IMG/VR virus record: IMGVR_UViG_3300025403_000028
Coordinates: 1 to 33,585 of that record
Direction: 5' to 3' (one strand)
Length of the DNA: 33,585 bases
Origin: a virus
Taxonomy: Duplodnaviria; Caudoviricetes
How positions within the stretch are numbered: the stretch's first letter is position 1; each line of letters opens with the position of its first letter. The position numbers were made by a program, and so were the translations under genes. The notes under the pieces were generated by a model. That model worked only from the letters and a program-made list of their open reading frames with translations, was not told where the DNA came from and searched no databases. Positions 27,580 through 33,585 of this stretch are shown in pieces.

Positions 27580-27620
27580 CGAGGCCGTAAGGCCGAAACG
27601 GTCGAGAGGCCGTCTTAGAT
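27570..27620 (+). ncRNA. type I hammerhead ribozyme 3
   Basis: AUCUAA-CUGACGA-GGCC/guaa/GGCC-GAA-ACGGUC/gaga/GGCCGU-C^UUAGAU; predicted cleavage after 27614. Confidence 0.92.
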
Positions 27621-27639
27621 TAACTACAAGGAAATAACA

Positions 27640-27999
27640 ATGGAAACTACAAGAGATTTAGCAAGCGAACTAGGCCAATTTATCGGCACAACACGGTATT
27701 ACAAGCCGTCTATCTTCTCAAGCATGAGAATCACGGATGGGGTGAAATACTTTATTGACCAAGCGGGCGCTTACTGGTTTACTGACATAGTAGCAAGCGA
27801 GATTGTGCCTTTGATTGATGATTTTATGACGGTGCAACTTGTTGCACTCGATAGTAAGGCTACGATCATTGCAGAGGACGGTGACGAAGAACAAATATTT
27901 CTTAAGAAAATTAGCTACACCGATTGCCCTGACGGAGAGTACAAATTTTTTATGCAAAAAGGTGATTTTGTGGTCATGATGTTGCCAAGTGAGTATTGA
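27640..27999 (+). CDS. hypothetical protein (resembles DUF6876-type)
   Basis: QFIGTTRYY...TDGVKY....GAYW..D.VAS...I.YTD.P...MLPSEY. Confidence 0.7.
   Translation: METTRDLASELGQFIGTTRYYKPSIFSSMRITDGVKYFIDQAGAYWFTDIVASEIVPLIDDFMTVQLVALDSKATIIAEDGDEEQIFLKKISYTDCPDGEYKFFMQKGDFVVMMLPSEY
27832..27847. repeat. 16-bp palindrome copy 6
   Basis: GTGCAACTTGTTGCAC, inside a CDS. Confidence 0.9.
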
Positions 28000-28198
28000 A
28001 ATGATATTAACAACACCCGACCAGATTGAGCACTTCAGGATGTTGACGCTTTATCAAGGACTAAAACTTGAGATTGCGGGCATGAAAGTAAACCGTCACA
28101 CGTCTATTTTGAAGATTCTTAAGAAAATGGGCTACAAGGGCACAAGAAAAGAAATCTTGGTGCAACTGGCCAAAGACCTAGGCAAAGAGATTAACTGA
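27989..28198 (+). CDS. early hypothetical protein
   Basis: GLKLEIAGMK motif; start may be ATG 28001; stop lies inside the hammerhead 4 core. Confidence 0.65.
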   Translation: MSIEMILTTPDQIEHFRMLTLYQGLKLEIAGMKVNRHTSILKILKKMGYKGTRKEILVQLAKDLGKEIN

Positions 28199-28240
28199 CG
28201 AGCCCTGATTGGGCGAAACCCTAGCGATAGGGTCTTAATC
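28189..28240 (+). ncRNA. type I hammerhead ribozyme 4
   Basis: GAUUAA-CUGACGA-GCCC/ugauu/GGGC-GAA-ACCCUA/gcga/UAGGGU-C^UUAAUC; predicted cleavage after 28234. Confidence 0.92.
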
Positions 28241-28259
28241 AACTACAAAGGAAATACAA

Positions 28260-28550
28260 ATGCAAACTTACAAATTTTTTGAAGACCCAGGCCACGCTTG
28301 GTTAGAAGTTCCACTAAGAGAATTGATCGACTTAGGAGTCGCAAGTGCCATCAGTCATTATTCGTATATCAAAACTCGACTGGATACCCCGTTTGTTTAC
28401 TTGGAAGAGGATTGCGACTATGCAATTTTTGCTAGAGCAATGGCTATGGCGGGCAAGCAATTTAAATACGAATCAATTTACCAAGAGAACACACCGATTC
28501 GAAACTACGCAAACTACCGCCCGCTTGATTGGGCATCTTACAAAGGATAA
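28260..28550 (+). CDS. early hypothetical protein
   Basis: DPGHAWLEV...IS.YSY...VYLEEDCD. Confidence 0.7.
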   Translation: MQTYKFFEDPGHAWLEVPLRELIDLGVASAISHYSYIKTRLDTPFVYLEEDCDYAIFARAMAMAGKQFKYESIYQENTPIRNYANYRPLDWASYKG

Positions 28551-28553
28551 CCT

Positions 28554-28715
28554 ATGGCCGAGATTGATTTAACGTCAATCTGGAATGCCTTAGAGGGGTA
28601 CAGGGAAACCTGTATCCCTGAAGGGCAAGCAGAATATGACGAAGAATGGAATGAGATATGTACCCAAATGGCATGGATAGAGGAAGAATTAAATAAAGGT
28701 GAAGAAAATGGCTAA
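28554..28715 (+). CDS. 53-aa acidic hypothetical protein (not in ORF track)
   Basis: SD AAGGA; MAEIDLTSIWNALEGYRETCIPEG...YDEEWNEICTQMAWIEEEL. Confidence 0.65.
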   Translation: MAEIDLTSIWNALEGYRETCIPEGQAEYDEEWNEICTQMAWIEEELNKGEENG

Positions 28716-28935
28716 AGTTATACAAAATGAGGACGGAAATTGGGTGATGCAAATTCAGTGGGGCACAGATGATGTTTCAATGGTTTGCGAAAACATGGAT
28801 ATTGTTCTGACCGATGATGAGAAAATCCGCGTTTTAAATGTAATGGCTGACGCGCATGACGCTGAAATCGGCACAACATGGTATTCGGTTGAGTATGCAA
28901 TTGAATATGTAATTGACGAAAGGATTCCAAAATGA
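28708..28935 (+). CDS. acidic hypothetical protein
   Basis: likely start MAKV at 28708. Confidence 0.6.
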   Translation: MAKVIQNEDGNWVMQIQWGTDDVSMVCENMDIVLTDDEKIRVLNVMADAHDAEIGTTWYSVEYAIEYVIDERIPK

Positions 28936-29261
28936 AATACACAATAATTACAGGCAACCCAGTTGATGGCTTTAGGGCTTTGGGCATATTTGATAGTAAC
29001 GAAGATGCTATCGCGTTTGCCGATATGCAGAGATTAATTAGCGATTATTCAATAATGGAAATTGAAGAAATAGAAAAGCTAGAGACTGTTACGCGCAAAA
29101 AAATGATAGATTTGCTGATTGAAGATGATATTGATGACTGGAACAACAAAAACGATCTAAAAGCTTATTTATATGAAACCTTAAATAATGGATTTGAGGG
29201 TTACAACTCTTGGAGTGATGAAAAGCTTAAAAAAGAAATGATTGAAAGGGATTTAGCATGA
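28932..29261 (+). CDS. acidic hypothetical protein
   Basis: ATGA-coupled; GNPVDGF...G.F. Confidence 0.65.
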   Translation: MKYTIITGNPVDGFRALGIFDSNEDAIAFADMQRLISDYSIMEIEEIEKLETVTRKKMIDLLIEDDIDDWNNKNDLKAYLYETLNNGFEGYNSWSDEKLKKEMIERDLA

Positions 29262-29413
29262 CAGTAGCAGATTTAATCCGTAAACTTTTACAAGTGGACG
29301 ATATAACCAAACCAGTTTACATTTACAAATGCGAGGAAAGTAAACTCGCTGAAGTAGATATAGTTGACGAACTATCCGACAGGGTTGACATCAACGCAAG
29401 GGAAACGGCATGA
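29258..29413 (+). CDS. 51-aa hypothetical protein (not in ORF track)
   Basis: ATGA overlap; MTVADLIRKLLQVDD...DRVDIN. Confidence 0.6.
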   Translation: MTVADLIRKLLQVDDITKPVYIYKCEESKLAEVDIVDELSDRVDINARETA

Positions 29414-29437
29414 TAGAAATCAAATAAAGGATGCAAA

Positions 29438-29623
29438 ATGAAAATAGATCAAGGAATGATTCAAGAAATCAATTACGAATATCCAGGAATTCACCTAATC
29501 CACCTAAAAGATGGACGAATCATTGGGATAGATGATGATTTTATTTGTCTGTACAAAGACATGGATCAATTTTATTTCTCAACTGAAGAAATCCCAACTA
29601 TTAACTTAAAGGAAATGGCATGA
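29438..29623 (+). CDS. hypothetical protein
   Basis: SD AAGGA; 61 aa. Confidence 0.55.
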   Translation: MKIDQGMIQEINYEYPGIHLIHLKDGRIIGIDDDFICLYKDMDQFYFSTEEIPTINLKEMA

Positions 29624-29682
29624 AGTACACCCGGTGTGAGGAACTGGGAGTATGCCAAAAACTAGACTGCAACCAATGCAAA

Positions 29683-29698
29683 GTGCAACAAGTTGCAC
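29683..29698. repeat. 16-bp palindrome copy 7
   Basis: GTGCAACAAGTTGCAC, at the convergence of the early and replication units. Confidence 0.9.
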
Positions 29699-29715
29699 CC
29701 ATAAAGACAAAATGG

Positions 29716-30495
29716 TTATTCCCAGTACATTTTAAGACCAAGACTAGCAAGAGGAGTTCCAAGTCTTAACTCGTAATCGTTGAAATCCTCATTAGCCTCT
29801 CCTACCCAGTAACGAGAGGCTATTTTTTTGGCGGTGCGCACCCCAACTGGGTCATTATCGGCCACAACCAACGGATTTACGGCATTCTTTGCTATCTCAA
29901 GCATATTGGACGCACTAAAACAAACGTGTATCTTAAATGGCACGCCAAGCAACCGAAGTGCCCTTCTCACAGACAACCCAGTTGCATACCCTTCCACCAA
30001 CACATCTTTGCCCTTTTCATCCATCACCAAGCTCGCACCCTTTGTCAATTGCCCCGACAAAAACTTCTTAGTTCCATCCGCATTTATCATTTGACAACCA
30101 ACCAATTTGCCATCAACCCGCATTGGAACAATCAACATTTCCTTCCACACCCAACCATTTTCATCAAATCCTTTCCTGATTAAATATGGATGCTTGGCTT
30201 TCTTGGCGCTTTTAAGGATGTATTCAGCCTTTTCGCACGCTTTCGCACGCTTTTCCAATTTATCTTCATTAGCCTTCTTTATACGTTCACGATCAACCAA
30301 AAGTGGCTTATCGGACTTGTAAGGGGCATGAAGCTCCATTGTTGCAAAGTTAATGACTGCACCACTACAACCATCAAAAATGTATGCGCCATTGGTCTTA
30401 TTTGGCTTGTCTAACGTCTTAACTCTTGCCCATCTGCCAATTACTAAATTATCAATCACCAATCCATATTGGTATGCAAAATCTGTAAAGCTCAT
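29716..30495 (-). CDS. TOPRIM-domain primase
   Basis: HPYLIRKG, LIVPM, Q.I..DGTKKFL.G, EGYATG, VVADND, DFND. Confidence 0.85.
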   Translation of the reverse strand: MSFTDFAYQYGLVIDNLVIGRWARVKTLDKPNKTNGAYIFDGCSGAVINFATMELHAPYKSDKPLLVDRERIKKANEDKLEKRAKACEKAEYILKSAKKAKHPYLIRKGFDENGWVWKEMLIVPMRVDGKLVGCQMINADGTKKFLSGQLTKGASLVMDEKGKDVLVEGYATGLSVRRALRLLGVPFKIHVCFSASNMLEIAKNAVNPLVVADNDPVGVRTAKKIASRYWVGEANEDFNDYELRLGTPLASLGLKMYWE

Positions 30496-31967
30496 TTGTT
30501 TCTACTCTTTGCCCATGCAATGTTTCTTGAACGAATCCAGCTAACCGTTTTCTGCGTAACTGGACTTGGATTAGCACTCAGCCCCCTTGGAAATACACCA
30601 AATTTCTCTTTGTATTTGTGTGCCGCCCAACCATCTTTGAAGTTTCGCATCCTTGCATAGTATAAAAGTTCGGAGTAAAACTGTTGATTGTTTTGGGTTT
30701 TATCAGCGCCATCGGTAAACAATTCTTGTAGCTCACCTGGCACTATGGCTATGCCACGCAACGGTTTTTCATACCCGCAGGAGTAGCAAATGTTGCTTCC
30801 CATGATCCACAAAGCTCCACAACTGGCACACTTTGCTTCTTTCTTTTCGTCCTCAGTCGGCTCTTTTTTGGCTTTATCTTCTATGCCACTTTCAAGCTCG
30901 GTCACTCCTTCTTCGTAAAGTTGATCCCAATCTTTCCTAAAACGCAGATAATTTCCACCGTGATCCAACCAAACACCAAACTCTTTGCCTGGAGATGGAC
31001 GCATAACGCGCCCCATTTGTTGGACGTGCGAACTAAAAGACTTCGAAAACGGTCTTGCACTTACTCCCATCAACACGTCTGGCACATCAAACCCACGAGT
31101 TAATATATCGGTAGCAATCAACCCATGTATATTTGTGTCAGGCTTACTGAAATCATCTATGACTTCACGCTTATATTCGCCATCTTCCATATAGGAAATG
31201 GACTTAAAGTTGTACCCTTGCTCGTTAAACTGCCTTTCCAAGTCACGCCCATGCGCCACACCTGAGCAAAATACTACCGTCTTTACTGGTCTACCGAATA
31301 TTTCATTGGTTTTATTCTTCCATTCGGTAACAATATCGCCAGTAATCTTCATGCCACGCGCAGTAACTTCATCTTGCGACCATTCACCCGCAACTTTTTT
31401 TGCCCCAGTCATGTCAATTTCTTTGGCAATATAGATTTTTAACGGTGTCAGCCAACCTTCTTTGATGAGTTCTTTCGTAGGCTTTGCACCAACCACCACA
31501 TCATAAATATCGCCCAATCCCTTGGTAAATGGTGTAGCAGTCAGCCCAATTACCTTTATTGCTGGGTTGTCTTTGATAAAAACAACCAAACTCATACGCA
31601 TGATGTGGCATTCGTCAATGATTAAATAATCAATGTGAGGAAAATCAGAACGCTTTTCTAACGTTTGAACAGAGCAAATCTGAATATTTTCTGTCGGGTT
31701 GTACCGCCAGTGGTCTGCTTGCATCACTCCATGCGGAATAGAGTAGCGAGATAGTCTTGTGCTGGACTGATTGACCAAAACAATCCTATCCATCATCATT
31801 GCAACGCGCTTGTTTTGCTTTGCATATTGTTGCATCAAGGAGATGGCAACCTCTGTTTTGCCAAATCCTGTAGGAGCATATAGCAATTGACTGCCTATGC
31901 CCAGATCAAAATTGAGATTGATCTTGTCAACCACCTCAATTTGGTGGGGTCTGAGCGATAGATTCAT
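30492..31967 (-). CDS. superfamily II (DExH) helicase with C-terminal Zn ribbon
   Basis: APTGFGKT, IIDECH, GLTATP, LTRGFDVP, QQMGRVMR, CASC...CYSC. Confidence 0.9.
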   Translation of the reverse strand: MNLSLRPHQIEVVDKINLNFDLGIGSQLLYAPTGFGKTEVAISLMQQYAKQNKRVAMMMDRIVLVNQSSTRLSRYSIPHGVMQADHWRYNPTENIQICSVQTLEKRSDFPHIDYLIIDECHIMRMSLVVFIKDNPAIKVIGLTATPFTKGLGDIYDVVVGAKPTKELIKEGWLTPLKIYIAKEIDMTGAKKVAGEWSQDEVTARGMKITGDIVTEWKNKTNEIFGRPVKTVVFCSGVAHGRDLERQFNEQGYNFKSISYMEDGEYKREVIDDFSKPDTNIHGLIATDILTRGFDVPDVLMGVSARPFSKSFSSHVQQMGRVMRPSPGKEFGVWLDHGGNYLRFRKDWDQLYEEGVTELESGIEDKAKKEPTEDEKKEAKCASCGALWIMGSNICYSCGYEKPLRGIAIVPGELQELFTDGADKTQNNQQFYSELLYYARMRNFKDGWAAHKYKEKFGVFPRGLSANPSPVTQKTVSWIRSRNIAWAKSRNK

Positions 31968-32764
31968 TTTTTGGATTTTTCTGCTTTTTCAGCCCTGCGT
32001 TTCCAATATTGCACTTGCTGAATAGCATCGGCCGATTTTTTCTGATAATCATTGCGAGATAAAGTCATGGCTTGCAAATCACTCTCACACTTTGCCAAAT
32101 CCAGCCTCAAGCTCTTAATTGTTTCTTGTACGTCAGCTATTTCTTCTTCTGGTAAATCCAAACTACCTACTGCAATGGCATCACGCAACCTAACATTCTC
32201 TTGCATCAATGCGGAATTTTCAACAACCAGCTCCTCTAGCTTCTCGTTAAATGTCTCGTCTTCCAACGGTTCTTCGTAAACTGGGTCGGGTGCAACTTGT
32301 TGCACTTTCTTTGACTTTTTGCCCATTTCTTTTGCAAGAGCAAGTTCTTTGCGAACACGACCAACCGTCATGTCTGAGCACTTACACATCCTGGCAATCT
32401 CACGATTACTTTTGTCGCTAAATTCAACATCTTCTAATATTTCAATAACGATTTTGCGTAAGTCTTCGTTACTTCTGCGTAGTCCATGATTCGAATTTGC
32501 ACTCCAAGAGTAAATCTTGGCATCACGCTTTGTACCCTTGGAAATGTCACAATCAACTTCTGTTAGCTTGGCTCTGCGGTGAGCATGGTAACGGTGAAAA
32601 CCATCACCCAACCAATTATCCAAGCCGTCAAAGAATATTTTGACTGGCGGCATTACCACTTTGTTTAAAAGGTTCTCTGTGTACTCCTGAACAATGTTAT
32701 CGTGAATTTTTACCCGTGATTGTGTATCTCCATCAATCCTGATTTTCTCAATATTAATTTTCAT
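31964..32764 (-). CDS. ParB/Srx-like N-terminal domain protein with HTH and coiled coil
   Basis: QSR...PPV...LGDGFHRYHA, ANSNHGLRRS, SNREIARMCKCSDMTVGRVRKEL. Confidence 0.75.
   Translation of the reverse strand: MKINIEKIRIDGDTQSRVKIHDNIVQEYTENLLNKVVMPPVKIFFDGLDNWLGDGFHRYHAHRRAKLTEVDCDISKGTKRDAKIYSWSANSNHGLRRSNEDLRKIVIEILEDVEFSDKSNREIARMCKCSDMTVGRVRKELALAKEMGKKSKKVQQVAPDPVYEEPLEDETFNEKLEELVVENSALMQENVRLRDAIAVGSLDLPEEEIADVQETIKSLRLDLAKCESDLQAMTLSRNDYQKKSADAIQQVQYWKRRAEKAEKSKK
32290..32305. repeat. 16-bp palindrome copy 8
   Basis: GTGCAACTTGTTGCAC, inside the ParB-like gene. Confidence 0.9.
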
Positions 32765-32949
32765 TCTTCTTCCCTTGTTGTATGTTTATGTAATTCTGTT
32801 TCTTCTCTTGTAAAGAATATCCGTTTGCACTCCGTACACATCCACGCGGGCTTGAACCGCTCATCTAGTTTGCCCGTATGTACACCTAGTTCCCTTGCCT
32901 CATAAGTGTTAATCTTTTGGAACACTTGCTTCTTCCTCCATCCTGTCAT
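32761..32949 (-). CDS. small C2H2-like Zn-finger protein
   Basis: WMCTECKRIF......ELHKH. Confidence 0.5.
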   Translation of the reverse strand: MTGWRKKQVFQKINTYEARELGVHTGKLDERFKPAWMCTECKRIFFTREETELHKHTTREEE

Positions 32950-33151
32950 GTTGTTCCCTTGCTTTCATCATTTCATCTGCTATTTCATATGCAAACTGAA
33001 CTCCTTGTTTTACTCCCAAACCTTGAAAAGCAATTGATTCCATAGCCAAACCTTGTATAGCTAACCCTGCAAACCAATCCCTTAAATCCATACCTGAATG
33101 CTCTTGCCGTCCATTATGGATTGAAATAACGCTTGGAAATGCCTTAATCAT
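32909..33151 (-). CDS. hypothetical phage protein
   Basis: AFP...GMDLRDWFAGLAIQG...AYEIADEMMKAR. Confidence 0.7.
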   Translation of the reverse strand: MIKAFPSVISIHNGRQEHSGMDLRDWFAGLAIQGLAMESIAFQGLGVKQGVQFAYEIADEMMKAREQHDRMEEEASVPKD

Positions 33152-33245
33152 CGTAACCCCCTAATATCATTATGATGTAACAAAAAATGGCCAGAATCCA
33201 GATCGCCCCGACACCCAATGTACCAATTAGCAATAACCAATCCAT
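33144..33245 (-). CDS. 33-aa single-TM protein (not in ORF track)
   Basis: MDWLLLIGTLGVGAIWILAIFCYIIMILGGYDD; fills the gap between coupled genes. Confidence 0.5.
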   Translation of the reverse strand: MDWLLLIGTLGVGAIWILAIFCYIIMILGGYDD

Positions 33246-33249
33246 TATC

Positions 33250-33498
33250 TCATTCACTATTTTTCTCCTTCAGTTTGCGCTCAACCAGGCGGGCGTATTG
33301 GGCTAAAGTAACACTGATAAAAGGAATATCGTTTATCTCCTCATCTGTCAGGTCATACCATGTATTCCAACGCTTTGGTTTTTCTTCTGGCATATTGATT
33401 TTGGCTTTCAATATTAAAGGTTTACCACCCTCAACCTCTACTTTAGTAACCCCTGCTCTTGGGTGTACCCATTCTAAAAATTCAATTTCTACATTCAT
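33250..33498 (-). CDS. hypothetical phage protein
   Basis: W.DLTDEEI...YARLVERKLKEKN. Confidence 0.65.
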   Translation of the reverse strand: MNVEIEFLEWVHPRAGVTKVEVEGGKPLILKAKINMPEEKPKRWNTWYDLTDEEINDIPFISVTLAQYARLVERKLKEKNSE

Positions 33499-33585
33499 GT
33501 GTTGCGCTCCTTTAATTTAGCCTCTATTGACCGATAAAATTCTAATGGGTGACTGGTGCTATCTACTATGTCCAAAACTTCAGAC
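33495..33585 (-). CDS. partial hypothetical protein (C-terminus)
   Basis: ...EFYRSIEAKLKERNT*, same C-terminal motif as the downstream gene. Confidence 0.55.
   Translation of the reverse strand, partial: SEVLDIVDSTSHPLEFYRSIEAKLKERNT

Noticed and set aside
26514-28260. Repeated intergenic elements read as terminators or a CRISPR-like array
   Set aside because: No U-tracts, irregular gene-sized spacing and no cas genes; the invariant CUGANGA/GAAA/GUC core explains them as hammerheads
29828-33520. Plus-strand ORFs over the primase, helicase and ParB-like genes
   Set aside because: Antisense shadows of clear minus-strand genes
1-33585. tRNA, integrase or transposase genes, and alternative genetic code
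   Set aside because: None recognised by eye; genes tile the window tightly under the standard code

Overview
This window is a large part of a tailed dsDNA phage genome with a podovirus-like layout; no tape-measure or sheath gene is visible. The minus strand from 26024 down to 1 carries the morphogenesis arm: TerS, a LexA-type wHTH protein, TerL, a Tat-signal insert, portal, a GroES-like co-chaperonin, scaffold, capsid proteins, a cluster of small Lys/His/Met-rich proteins, head-tail adaptors, tail and fibre proteins (two with S74 chaperone domains) and a holin-like gene. A short plus-strand island of small early-type genes (26304-29623) diverges from terS and converges on a minus-strand replication module (TOPRIM primase, SF2 helicase, ParB-like protein). 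The main unannotated signals are: (1) four complete type I hammerhead ribozymes at gene junctions of the early operon, each predicted to cut 22-25 nt upstream of the next start codon; (2) a 16-bp palindrome GTGCAAC(AA/TT)GTTGCAC found 8 times across the window, with two phage-encoded candidate binders (the ParB-like and LexA-like proteins); (3) a DnaA-box cluster in the divergent intergenic region; (4) a multi-pseudoknot leader RNA candidate downstream of the major capsid gene. All product calls come from motif recognition and gene order by eye; no database searches were run.
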